Source: Peribolospora baueri (taxonomy: Eukaryota). Taken from it: 64,000 nt of DNA. The notes beneath the pieces are model-generated. The model was not told the DNA's origin and did not search any database. It saw only the letters and a program-made list of their open reading frames with translations. The position numbers and the translations under genes were made by a program. Below are positions 1 to 10,692 of this stretch, in pieces. The stretch covers positions 1 to 64,000 of the forward strand of contig JAMDHS010000019.1 in the NCBI GenBank assembly GCA_029717555.1. Reading direction: 5' to 3'. Every line of letters begins with the position of its first letter. Position 1 is the stretch's first letter.

Positions 1-526
1 CAACGTTGGTGATCTTATTGAGCTTGCCACCACCACCGCCTTGCGCGGGAGGGCTGGCGGTGGTACCGCTGCCGGATTTACCGAACCCGAACCGGGGGAA
101 CTCGAACGCTCGCTCTTCGAGGTCGCGCTGATGCGGCTGCTGACCTTGGGGCTGCTGCTGCTGCTGGAGCTGGCCCATGCCAGTGGCGGCTTGGGCGCCG
201 GTGGCGGGACCAACGTTGGTGTTGACGTTGGTGGGGTTCTGGTGCGATCCGAACATGTCCATACCGGGGACCAGACGCTCTTCGAGGTCGCGCTGATGCG
301 GCGGCTGCTGGCCTTGGGGCGGCGGCTGCTGGCCTTGGGGCGGCGGCGGGGGCTTGCTGAAGGCGCCTACCAAGGGGAAAGCCATGGAGCCAAGCATGGC
401 AACGTTGGTGATCTTATTGAGCTTGCCACCACCACCGCCTTGCGCGGGAGGGCTGGCGGTGGTACCGCTGCCGGATTTACCGAACCCGAACCGGGGGAAC
501 TCGAACGCTCGCTCTTCGAGGTCGCG
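1..526. repeat. Coding direct repeat, period 399 nt (133 codons)
   Basis: 1-127 is identical to 400-526. A shorter copy of cgctcttcgaggtcgcgctgatgcggc lies near 277-303. Confidence 0.95.
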
Positions 527-874
527 ACGGTACCCCTGGCTGCTGCTGCCGCCGAAAAGGCCGCTTAGCGGGTTCCCCAATAGGGCGGTGCCCGCGACGC
601 CGAGGGCGGCGCCGCCCAACAATCCTTTCGAGATACGGCGCTTGGAAGGAGGGGCGGCGGCGGTCTGCTGGTCGGCAGGCGGGGGAGGAGGAAGGGCAGT
701 CTGAGCGACGGCGCCGGTCTTGACGTAGACGCACGTCTCTCGTTGCTGGATGGTCTGGGCCTGAGCGCCGGTCTGGACGTGAACGCAGGTACCGTCCCTG
801 CGAGTGTTGTACGGCACCGGGGCGCCGATGGCGGACGAGGCCAAAAGAGCTGCGGAGACGACAGCGACCTTCAT
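1..874 (-). CDS. Secreted repeat precursor (KEP-like, Kex2-processed repeat protein), 3' end outside window
   Basis: Manual translation from ATG 874, with no stop before the window edge: MKVAVVSAALLASSAIGAPVP (signal-peptide-like) ... PSKR-RISKGLLGGAALGVAGTALLGNPLSGLFGGSSSQGY-RRDLEER-AFEFPRFGFGK...HQRDLEER-LVPGMDMFG...HQRDLEER-AFEFPRFGFGK. It has three RDLEER spacers and is absent from the ORF track. Confidence 0.8.
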   Translation of the reverse strand, partial: MKVAVVSAALLASSAIGAPVPYNTRRDGTCVHVQTGAQAQTIQQRETCVYVKTGAVAQTALPPPPPADQQTAAAPPSKRRISKGLLGGAALGVAGTALLGNPLSGLFGGSSSQGYRRDLEERAFEFPRFGFGKSGSGTTASPPAQGGGGGKLNKITNVAMLGSMAFPLVGAFSKPPPPPQGQQPPPQGQQPPHQRDLEERLVPGMDMFGSHQNPTNVNTNVGPATGAQAATGMGQLQQQQQPQGQQPHQRDLEERAFEFPRFGFGKSGSGTTASPPAQGGGGGKLNKITNV

Positions 875-2378
875 ATCGAATGGGGGGGATGGGGGGAGGG
901 GGTAAAAAGGTAAAAAAAAGATAAAAAGAGTAAAGTAAAAAGGGGGGGCGGGGTCAAGAGCGTGGAAGTCGAAAAAAGGACGTGTGTAGGCCAGCTACGG
1001 GGACGAAGGTAAGGAAGAGCAAGGAGAGTCAGCACCAGGCGGACGTCGTTGGAAGGGAAGAGGGGGTTGTGAGAAGGAGGGAGAGAGGACAAAGACGGGG
1101 GACGCCGTTGGGCGGGGAGCGTTGCCCTTAAATACCCGCCGGCGCGGGCGCTGTCAAATTGGGAGCTGCCCTCGCCCAAGCTCGGCCGGCTGTGTGGCGT
1201 TGTTCGTTTCCGCGTGCGATCTCTCCGCCGGCGGGCGGGTCGGCACGGCGTGGCGCGGCGGTTGTGCGACGTGTGGGTGCGTCTGCTGGCATTGGCCGGC
1301 GCGATCGTCTGCGGTCGCCGCGCAGAGACGGCGGATCGGCGAACCGAAGTGACACATTAGTGGGCGCAATGCAATCGGCATGATAGCAGATCAGATACAG
1401 CCCATCCCATCCATCGTTCATCGTTCCCGGGTGAGCAAGAAGCAGGCCGGCCACGTCGACTCGACGGACGGCCGCCTGTCCTGTCCGCGTTCGCTACAGT
1501 AGCTGCCTCGCTGGCAGCCTCTCCCTCTCCCTCGCCCTTGCCCTTGCCTCCATCCGTCAACGGGCGCAAAGGTTAGTGTCGGCGCTCCGCTGCATGCATG
1601 CACGGCCTTGTGCTGGGCCGCGCCGTTCGCCGTCGCCGGCTGGGCTTGGGCGCGCTAGGTCCGCCGCTCGGCGCTGCTGGCCGACGCTCCGGTGGGCCTT
1701 GCGCCTTTTCGCTCCCGGTGACACACACAACACGCCAACCCGACACCCACGCCCACGAAAAGGCAGCTGCCGAGCGAATATGATCATTTGCGCTCCTCCT
1801 TTCTCCCGCATGTGGTGCCGTGACCATGACCATGACCGTGACCGACGATGGTGCGACATAGGCGCCCCCGGCCCCAGACGCATCTATCCGTCAAAACGTG
1901 AGATGCGATGCGATGCGAATCGAATACAATGCAATGCGTCTTTTAATTCCGCAACCGTCACTCGTCGCACAGCCCGACCAACCCGGATAATACACAGACG
2001 GCCACGTTTCCGGTACACCACCGTCCCCGCCGCGCAACACGACACGACACGACCTCGCCCCACCGTCTGTCGCCCGCCCTGCCGATTAGGATAAAAACCT
2101 TCCCCGTGAGGAACCACTAACAACGCCGGCTGGCTGGCTGGCTGACTGACTGCGCGCACGTCCCGAACGAGCTACGAACAGAGCAGGAAATAGACCGTGC
2201 ATGCGTGCGTGCGTGGACGACAGACGGACGGGTGCTTCAGGGATTTTAGCCGAAGATGCGCGGATAACCGGAAATACAGGCGAACAAGACTGACAGACTG
2301 CAGACTGATAGGCAAACAGACAGAGACAAAAAAAAAGACAACCCAAAGGAGACTCGACCTTGAACAACATACAACAAC

Positions 2379-4937
2379 TCAGAAAGCAACCTCGCTAGCA
2401 TCACGGTCCCAGACGCGGTGCCGCGCGACCTGGTCGATAAACGCGTCGTAAGCCGACCATTGATTCTTGTCGACCTCTGCACCGAGAAGGACGCCCTTGT
2501 CGATCGACCACCCTTTTGCCTTAGCCTCCCCCTCGTCGGGCATGTTGCCCGCGCTAACGCCGGCCAAAACAACAGTCTTGAGCCAGCTCACGTTGTGCGG
2601 GCCGAGAACGCCGACGGGCTTGAGGTGCCCGTACGCCTCGCGGACAAAGTGGACCAGCCGACCGTTCTTGGCCAGGTTGTCGTACCGCTCGCCCTCGCCG
2701 CGCGGCAAGATGAGCGCGTCAAAGTAGGTCGACCGGCAGCCCTCGATGTTAAAATCGGTCATCGGGATCACCTCGTCCTTGTCGTCCAGCGACACCCCCT
2801 TGGGCGCGACAGGCCCCTTGCGCGGGCCGATCAGCGCCTCCATCACCCCGGCGTCGTGGAGCGCCATCTGGATCGCCTTGACCTGCTTGCCGTCGACGCC
2901 GTCTAGGACAAAGATGCCCACCTTGCGTCCCTTGGCCGTCCACGTCTGTCGCTTGCCCTCCAGCTGGCTCCAGTACGCCGTCTTCTGGCCCTTATTCTGC
3001 CGCGACGGCGCCGGCGCCTTGAGGCCCACCTGGCTAGCCACCGCCACCGCCAAATTGTGGTCCAGTTCATTGTAGCGCGCGACCATGCGCTCGTGCACAC
3101 CCCGGTCGTCCACATGGCCGAGCTCGAAGCCAAGCGCGCTGATCAGGTGCGCCTGTTCGACCGGCGAGAGCGAATTATAGAACACTGCGAGCGCAAAGAG
3201 ATGAGACGAGTCAGCAAAAAAGGCCCGCCCACCGGCGTCCATACATGACTCACTCTGCGGCTGGTTAAAGTGTTCATTAAACTTGGGTCCGCGAGCGCGC
3301 TCGCGGACGCCCTCGACCTTGACGCGACTGAACGTCGCGCCGCCCTTGTCAGGCGGAGTGGGCCTGTAGCCGCCGCCCTTGATGTGAGCGCGGCTAGGGT
3401 AGTAGTTGATCTTGCCCTTGTACACCGCATCCTGGTGGAAACCGTCGCGGAGGTAGTTCGTCACCGGGCACTTGAGCGGCCGGTTGATGGGGATCGTGCT
3501 AAAGTTGGGGCCGCCGAGACGGGTGAGCTGGGTGTCCTGGTACGAAAAGTTGCGCACCGTCAGCATCGGATCGGCCGAATAGTCGATGCCCGGCACGATG
3601 TGCTGCGTGCAAAAGGCAATCTGCTCCGTCTCCGAGAAGAACTCGTCCGGGTTACGGTTGAGCTCCATGACGCCGATATACTGGACGGGCACCTGCTCTT
3701 CGGGAATGAACTATACGTCACAGGAAAAGGTCGCGTCAGCCGCGATCGTGTCTGCCTGCCACTCGCGTCTCATGCAATGCTCACCTTAGTATCGTCGAGC
3801 AGGTCAAAGTCAAATTTATGCTCGTCCTCCTCGGGAACCAACTGCACGCCAAGCTCCCACTGCGGGTAAGCGCCAGCTTCGATGGCCGTGTACAAGTCAC
3901 GCCGGTGAAAGTCCGGGTCCTGGCCCGCCAGCTTCAGCGCTTCGTCCCAGACGAGCGAGTGGATTCCCTGGCGCGGGCGCCAGTGGAATTTGACAAACGT
4001 CCGCCGCCCGCCCTTGCCGACGAGGACAAAGGTGTTGACGCCGAAGCCCTCCATAGTCCTAAAAGACCTCGGAATCGCGCGGTCGCTCATGAGCCAAAGC
4101 GTCATCGCCGTCGTCTCCTCCTTGAGGCTCATAAAGTCCCAGCTGCATACGAAACGCGATAAACACGGAAGTGAGCGACGACGCGAGCAACCGTGCCGAC
4201 GACCGTCTGCCTTGCTTACAAGTTGTCGTGCGCCGATTGTCCTTGAGGAATTTCGTTGTGCGGCTCAGGCTTGCCAGCATGGATGATATCGGGGAATTCG
4301 ATTCCTGATCCGACCCGAATCCGAATGACAGCTATCAGTCTCAGATCCCCACAGCCACGGTCGAGGAAGCGATCATGTGAACGAACGCCTCACCGTCTTG
4401 GATGAAGAAGACGGGGATGTTGTTGCCCACGATGTCCCAGTTGCCCTCCTCCGTGTAGAAGCGCGTGGCAAAGCCGCGAACGTCACGGACGGTGTCGGCG
4501 CTCCCCCTGGAGCCGAGCACCGTGGAGAAGCGAACGAAGGTGGGCGTGACGCGCGTCGCGTCGTTCAACACGGGCGCCACCGTCACGTCCTCGCTGAGCG
4601 GCTTGGTGAGAGTGAAGGTGCCGAACGCCCCGGCGCCGCGGGCGTGGACGACGCGCTCGGGGATGCGCTCGTGGTCAAAGTGGCTGACCTTCTCGCGGAC
4701 GTGGAAGTCCTCCAAGAGGGTAGGGCCGCGGTTGCCGGCCTTGAGGGTGTCTTCGGTATTATCGACGGCGGTGCCGAAGTAGCTCAACAGCGGGCCGGCG
4801 TTCTCGCCGTCCTGCATGATCGTCGGGTCCTCGAGCTGCTTCGCCTTCTTGTTCATCGAAGGGTTGCCGAACGCGGCCCCGGTGGCCTGGGCCGCCTTGG
4901 CGGCACCCGCCTCAGCAAGGCGCTGAGCAGCAGACAT
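2379..4937 (-). CDS. Large-subunit monofunctional catalase with C-terminal DJ-1/GATase-like domain (multi-exon)
   Basis: Distal-His motif [52 protein letters not shown], proximal-Tyr motif RNFSYQDTQ, and C-terminal GRKVGIF...STYFDALI...[12 protein letters not shown] introns join ORFs 4341-4964, 3770-4132 and 2379-3692. Confidence 0.95.
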
Positions 4938-6119
4938 GATTTTCGAAGTCGTGGTGGGCAACAAATAGAGGTGGTGATGGTGCGGCTAGAGAATGGACAA
5001 GCGAAGGAGACGAAGCGCGAGGCCTTGGGATGTGGAGGAAAAGGGGAATGAGCGGGCGGTTAAGAAGCTTTGCCCATCGTGCGGCGCTCCGTCAGAGCAC
5101 CACCGGTCGTCTTGTAATGAGATCGAGTCGATTGGAAGGCCCGCCCCGCGCGAACTGTTGTCTGAAGGGGAAGATCGTGCCTGCTGACTGAGACCCGAGA
5201 TCTCGCTGACATCACATCGGCCCCACCTGGCTGGGTTTGGACAAGCGGAGCGTAGATGGCGAGCCAAGTCTGCTGCGTGTGATACGAGACGTGGACGAGA
5301 TGAGTTTGCCTTGGCCAATGGGAGGAGGGAAGGGAGAGCTGAGCTCCAAGGGCCACAAATGCCCAACGCCATCGACAAGCCGTCGACGAGGGCTCGCTGA
5401 CGTCTTGCGGGACGCACGACGATCATCACGATCACGACCGTCGTCTGTCCGTCTTCCTGTCTGTCTCACCGACCGGCACCTAACTTAGGGAGCGCCGTCG
5501 AGCTACGCACGCACTCGCCGTCGAGGTCGAACTCGACGCTGGAGCTCGCTCGACGCCGTGGTGCATCCCCAGGCTCGCTCTCACCGCTTCTTGTCGTCCA
5601 TCCATCTCCATTCTCGCCGTTGCAGCCCAAGTCCGCGACCGACATGTCACAACCCACCTCGCAAGGAGAGCCGTGCCACGACGCCTCACGACGCCGCCCG
5701 ACACGGCCTCCGCCCCATCCCCGGACCGGCAAGGGAGTAAGAAGCAGACGACAACCCTCTGTGCTGCTCTGGTCCGCCTTTTCCTCCCTCTCTCTCTCCA
5801 CCGCTCGCTCACTCGCGGCTTTAAGCTGAACGAGCTGCGGCGCCGGCCGCTGGCCAATAACACGGCATCGCATATACGGTTCGTTGTTGCTTGTGTATGA
5901 CGACGCTTAACCCACGGCCGGCTTCCCGTTCTTCTCGCTGTCCGCGGCCCGTCTCGACGCTAAGCGCAGAGAGGCGTGCTTCATAGCACGACGAGGGCGC
6001 CGAGATGTAGGCTGAACTGATCCGAGGTGGTGCACTTTATCACGGACATAAGGTCGGTAGCGTAAGAGAATGCGGGGGGCTAACGGCTCCCTCATTGCTC
6101 TTTCCGCATTTCCTCGACA

Positions 6120-8039
6120 ATGACCGTCGCGCGAAGGTTTGATAGCGAGCCAGATACTTGGGCGAACTCGCAGAGCCCGCCAGGCATGGGAAGGACGGCG
6201 CAGGACACGATGTCGACTACAAGGCCATACTCATCGTACAACTCTCAAACTTCTATTTCCCGCGCCCAGTCCTCTTCCGCTTCCTTCTTTGACAAGGACC
6301 TCGACGGCGTCCTCGCCGACGGCCCTTCCAGTCGTCGCAACACCTCTGCCTTCGAGCGCGATTACACGCACGGCCACAAGCTAAAACACCATCCGCTCGG
6401 GTTGGTCCTGTTTTCCCTCTGGGCAGCGTTCACCCTCGGCCTCGTCGTCCTGCTCCAGAAAGCGGCCGCAGCGGCTGGCTCGGCCGTGCACCAACCCTGG
6501 CACTACAGCTCGCTGCCCGGCATCCTCCTCACCGTCTTCGCTCAGGGACACGTGGCCGTGACGACCGTGTACCTAGGCCGCCTCGCCGTCTCCGCCCTTC
6601 ACCTTCCCGGTCGTTCCCCTTGCTCGTGGGCCGAGCTATTCTGGCAAGCTGATCGAAACTGGCAGGGGCCCTTGGGCTTCCTGTCCACGTTCTTCGGCGT
6701 GTGGAGGACAAGGGCCAGGCTTTCCTCCACGTTCTTTCTCTTCGCCGGCACCTGCCTCGTCGCCACCGCCACGCCCGTCCTGCTCTCTCGGGCCTACGAG
6801 CTCAAGACGATCGACGTGGCCGTACGCACACGGCTCGGCCTCAACGTCTTTCAGCCTTCCCAGATCCAGGCCATCGACGCGTACCTTCAGGTCGCCGCCG
6901 GGGGCGGCGCGTGGACGACGGCCAAATCCGTGTTGGATGTCTACAACAGCAGCGTCTACATCCCCGTCGGCTCCGTCCGCGACCCCTCGCGAGCCGACGA
7001 CATTTTCTTCGCCGGACAGACGTACGGCGCCGACGTCAACCTCGTAGGCGTTCGCACCCAAGGCGGATGCGACCGGATTGATCAAGGCGAAGGACAAGGT
7101 CAGGCGGCTGACGACTACGCGTTTTGGAAGCAGGCTTGCGACCGACTGCCGATGGCGCCGACCGCTCTTGGCACGTCCGTCGCGACCAATTGGAACGCCA
7201 ACGTGAACCTGTCGTGGTGCAGCAGCAAGGCCAGCTTCTCCAGTTGGATGGATTCGCCGTCTTCGTCTTTTGCGTCAGCGCTCGTCTGGATCAACGCTAC
7301 GAATGGAACAGACGCGGTGCAAGGTGTCGTGCAGTGCAACGTGACGTGGTCGACGGGCCGGGCCGACCTGAACGGTCGAAACCTCACCTTTGACGGTTTC
7401 CAAGAGGCGGCCGTGTACGACGTAGCGACGGCTCAAGGGGGCGAGCCCCTGTTGCACCCCCTCAACGCCGCGCTCACCGCTTTAGGTCAACAGATATACC
7501 TCTGCAAGTTCACCCCGTCGGCCATCATCAACATGCTCGGCTACACTGCCACGCTAGGCGACCAGGAAGTGCAGTTCGATCAACCGACCGTGGACGGCAT
7601 CGCCCAAGCCCTCTGGACCGGCGCCGCGCACATGGGGAGCGCCCTGGGGTTGCTGAGCCAACAGGGGAATCGGTCGTACGACGTTACGCAGTACGTGTCC
7701 GTCGCCGGCCGGACGGTGTCGCGCCCTTTTGCCTACATCAGCTGGGCGCTCCTCGGCCTGTGGCTTGTCCTCCTTCTCCTCGCCACCGCCCTTCTGTACA
7801 GGCCCACCATCGGAGACAGCCTCAACGCCTACGTCGCCGCGCGCTTGCTCGTAGATCGTCCAGATCTGGTGGACGGACGATGTTGTGGTCCCTTGGAAGA
7901 TAACGGGGAGCGCATGAGGACCCGGTTCGAGATGGTCGGAGACGTGAGAGCGGAGATGGACGTCGGGCATGTCGGCGTCGGCGGCGTGGGCATGTTGGTT
8001 AGGGGAAGAGAGTACGCCGGGGCGGCCTCCGCCTCCTGA
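6120..8039 (+). CDS. Intronless fungal multi-pass membrane protein of unknown function (639 aa)
   Basis: Long clean ORF with coding-like codon usage. It has three N-terminal hydrophobic segments, a luminal region with several N-x-S/T sequons and Cys residues, and one C-terminal TM segment (FAYISWALLGLWLVLLLLATALLY). Confidence 0.75.
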   Translation: MTVARRFDSEPDTWANSQSPPGMGRTAQDTMSTTRPYSSYNSQTSISRAQSSSASFFDKDLDGVLADGPSSRRNTSAFERDYTHGHKLKHHPLGLVLFSLWAAFTLGLVVLLQKAAAAAGSAVHQPWHYSSLPGILLTVFAQGHVAVTTVYLGRLAVSALHLPGRSPCSWAELFWQADRNWQGPLGFLSTFFGVWRTRARLSSTFFLFAGTCLVATATPVLLSRAYELKTIDVAVRTRLGLNVFQPSQIQAIDAYLQVAAGGGAWTTAKSVLDVYNSSVYIPVGSVRDPSRADDIFFAGQTYGADVNLVGVRTQGGCDRIDQGEGQGQAADDYAFWKQACDRLPMAPTALGTSVATNWNANVNLSWCSSKASFSSWMDSPSSSFASALVWINATNGTDAVQGVVQCNVTWSTGRADLNGRNLTFDGFQEAAVYDVATAQGGEPLLHPLNAALTALGQQIYLCKFTPSAIINMLGYTATLGDQEVQFDQPTVDGIAQALWTGAAHMGSALGLLSQQGNRSYDVTQYVSVAGRTVSRPFAYISWALLGLWLVLLLLATALLYRPTIGDSLNAYVAARLLVDRPDLVDGRCCGPLEDNGERMRTRFEMVGDVRAEMDVGHVGVGGVGMLVRGREYAGAASAS

Positions 8040-8550
8040 GCAGAGGGCAAGGACGACGGCGCGTGGTGGCAACAACGTTCATTCCATTTCCGTCAGCTTG
8101 CAGTAGTCGTCGCGACGCGCGTCTTTTCACCTCACGTCATTGGCGGGGCGCACCGGACCCCGACGCGCTGTTAGATCCTTGTCCTCCTTGTCCTTCATCC
8201 CTGGCAGCGCCTCCCATGGTCTCGCCTCGTGACTGTTCTTTCTGGTAATCCGGTGGCTTTCTGGCACAGGCGCAAACTATTCATAGATCATCGTCTGCAA
8301 TGTAGACGATGATAAAGAACGGTAAGAGGCCTAGTGCTCCCTACCTGCAACACGACCAAATTGACAACCAAAGACAGCCATGCCCTACCCTGTCGGGAGC
8401 GTTCGAACGACGCAGGCAGGGAAAGCGGACTTGATCGGGTCCAGCTGGGGTATCTGGCAGAGCTCGACGGACGACTGCAGTAGACAAGACGCGAGTGCGT
8501 CCGCGTACTCAGGGACGTGCAGGCTAGCAGACGTACTCGGTTGGCCTGAA

Positions 8551-9204
8551 GCTTTTCCATTTTGCCACGTGGCATGACACTCGTTTCATGCCGCCGTTTT
8601 TTCTCCCACCCTTCGACGACCTGTGTCTTTCTTGTTCTTCCTTGCTGTTTTATCTTCCCTCCCCGTTGAAGACCGTTTTTCTATTGTGGAAGACCATTTT
8701 CTCCCTGTTTTTCATCTTCCACCGCTGATTCTCCGCCCACGCTTTTCCATTTTGTGGCCCGGCCGGCAGTGTAATATTCCACTTCCCGCCTCTCCCGCCA
8801 GCGCAATATTCCACTTCCCGCCTCCCCCGCCAGTGCAATATTCCACAATTCCACACTTTCCCCGCCACCCGCCAGTGCAACGTTCCACGCCTCCTCCGCC
8901 AGTATAACATTCCACCCTCTTCCGCCAGTATTCGTCCTTGTTCAAAACCAGTTTTCTTGCTGCTTTATGTTCCCTCCCCGTTGAAGACCGTTTTTCTTTT
9001 GTTGAAGACCCTTTTCTCCTTGTTTTTCATCTTCCACCGCTGATTCTCCGCCCACTCTTTTCCATTTTGCCACGTGGCACGACGTTTCTTGCCGCCGTTT
9101 TTCCTCCCTACCTGCGACGATCTGTTTCTTTCTAGTTTTTTCTTGCTGCTTTATCTTCCCTCCCCATTGAAGACCGTTTTTCTCTTGTTGAAAACCCTTT
9201 TCTC
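8551..9204. repeat. Nested non-coding repeat: ~190-bp unit in ~3 copies, the second interrupted by a short tandem array
   Basis: The block ttcttgctg-tttatcttccctcccc-ttgaagaccgtttttct recurs at ~8640, ~8955 and ~9141. ttttccattttg recurs at ~8553, ~8743 and ~9058. The palindrome TGCCACGTGGCA occurs at 8563-8574 and 9068-9079. An inner array of ~6 ccgccagtgcaatattccac-like units lies at 8764-8930. Confidence 0.9.
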
Positions 9205-9309
9205 GACAGTAGGACATCGTGCAAACGAGAAGGATGAATGGCGTTCGTCGCCCCGGAGGCCGTCTTGAACCACCCATCCTTCGACTCTGCGAAGCTCGCC
9301 GCCACCCTC

Positions 9310-10369
9310 TCACGCCCTAACCTTTTTTTTCCTCTCCTCCCTTCTCCGCTTGATCGCTTCCATCCGTCGCTTGAGCACCTCCACGCGCTCGTCCGCCTCT
9401 TCTTGCACCCGCTGCTCTTCTTCGAGTCGGGAAAAGATCCTAGAGACGCAGGGATAAAAACGTGGAAGAGCAACGCGAAGGGAAGCAAGAGGGAAACCGA
9501 TCAGCACCGTCACGACTCGATCATCGGCTACCAAAAGCATCAGGCTCCGCGTGCCCTCTACGAGCAAGCAAGGAAGCGGAGACTCACTCCTCTTTCTCCT
9601 CCCTCTCCTCCCTCTCCCTCCTCTCCTGCTCGGTTTCTTCCTTAGGCGCTTCCTCCTCCTCTACCTCCATCTCCTCCACCGCAGCCCCTCGCCTATCGTC
9701 GGCCGCGCCGTTAGCCCGTGAGGAGCGGATATGCAGCTGTGGAGCCGCTTCAATCGTCGCTGATGCGGGTATGAAATCAGGTTGAGACTGAAATGGAGTT
9801 GCTGCCGGCGCGTCATCCCGAGCCTGTGCGAGCACTTCGCGTTGGAAGGCAGCCCATTCTGGGTCCTCTTCCTCTTCCGCCGTCACCGCCGTCGTTATCG
9901 CTGCCGCTCTGCCGTTGGTCGCAGACGATGGCGGTAGTTCCGTCCGTCTCCGCTTTCCCGCTCCAACACCCTCCTCTCCTTGAGTTTCCCGCGTCTCTGT
10001 CGCGCTCTCCCCGTCCTCGTCCGCCGCCCTCTTTCCCCTTCCCATCGCCGCCCCCTTTCCCCTTCCCATCGCCGCCCCCTTCGTCGCTGCTGCTTCTGCT
10101 GCTTCCGCCGCCCGTCTCTCCCTCTCCCGCATCTCCCGCTGCAACTCCTTCTCCTCCCTCTCCCTCCTCAGCCTCGCCACATTCTCCCGATGACTTTTGC
10201 TATTTGCATGAGAAGCCCAGAGCGACTCGTGCTTGATCGGAAGATGACCGCAGGCGGAGCAGGTGAGTTTGGAGGTGACGGGGTGATACGAGGCGAACGG
10301 GTCTGCAATGCGGCGAGCGGAGGTGGCCGCGCGGAGGAGAGAGCGGGCTGCGTCTTTTGCTGGAGGCAT
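9310..10369 (-). CDS. ZNF830/CCDC16-like zinc-finger coiled-coil protein (2 exons)
   Basis: N-terminal IADPFASY...LTCSACGH..IKHESLWASHANSKSH finger and DPEWAAFQREV motif. Intron 9587-9440 (GTGAGT...TAG) joins in frame to IFSRLEEEQRVQEEADERV...KVRA-stop. Confidence 0.75.
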
Positions 10370-10692
10370 GTCGGGCGGAAGGGTCGGACGGGAAGGATGA
10401 GAAGGCGACCTGCGTAGGTATCCAGAGCACAGACAGACGTCGGTCGCGTGGCGATCGGGATCACGTGCTCACACAACCCTATTCGGTCGTGTCGGCCGAG
10501 CAGGGCCGAACGAGGGATGAGCGGACGCGCTGATCAGGCCGGGCCCGATGGAGCAACACCGGTCGCCGTCCCGGTCGCCTTTGCCTTCACCTTCTCCCAC
10601 CTCGCACCATCGATCCGTTCTATTCGCGCTCCATTTCTTTTTTTTTTCCCTCTTCTTCGTTTCTCCTCGACGTTGTGCCCCGGCTTTTCGCG

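Noticed and set aside
41..568. Plus-strand 175-aa ORF with repeats
   Set aside because: Antisense shadow of the minus-strand secreted precursor, which has a true ATG, a signal peptide and processing sites.
8764..8930. Short repeat-spacer array superficially like CRISPR
   Set aside because: Eukaryotic context, spacers are very short and similar to each other, repeats are degenerate, and there are no cas genes.
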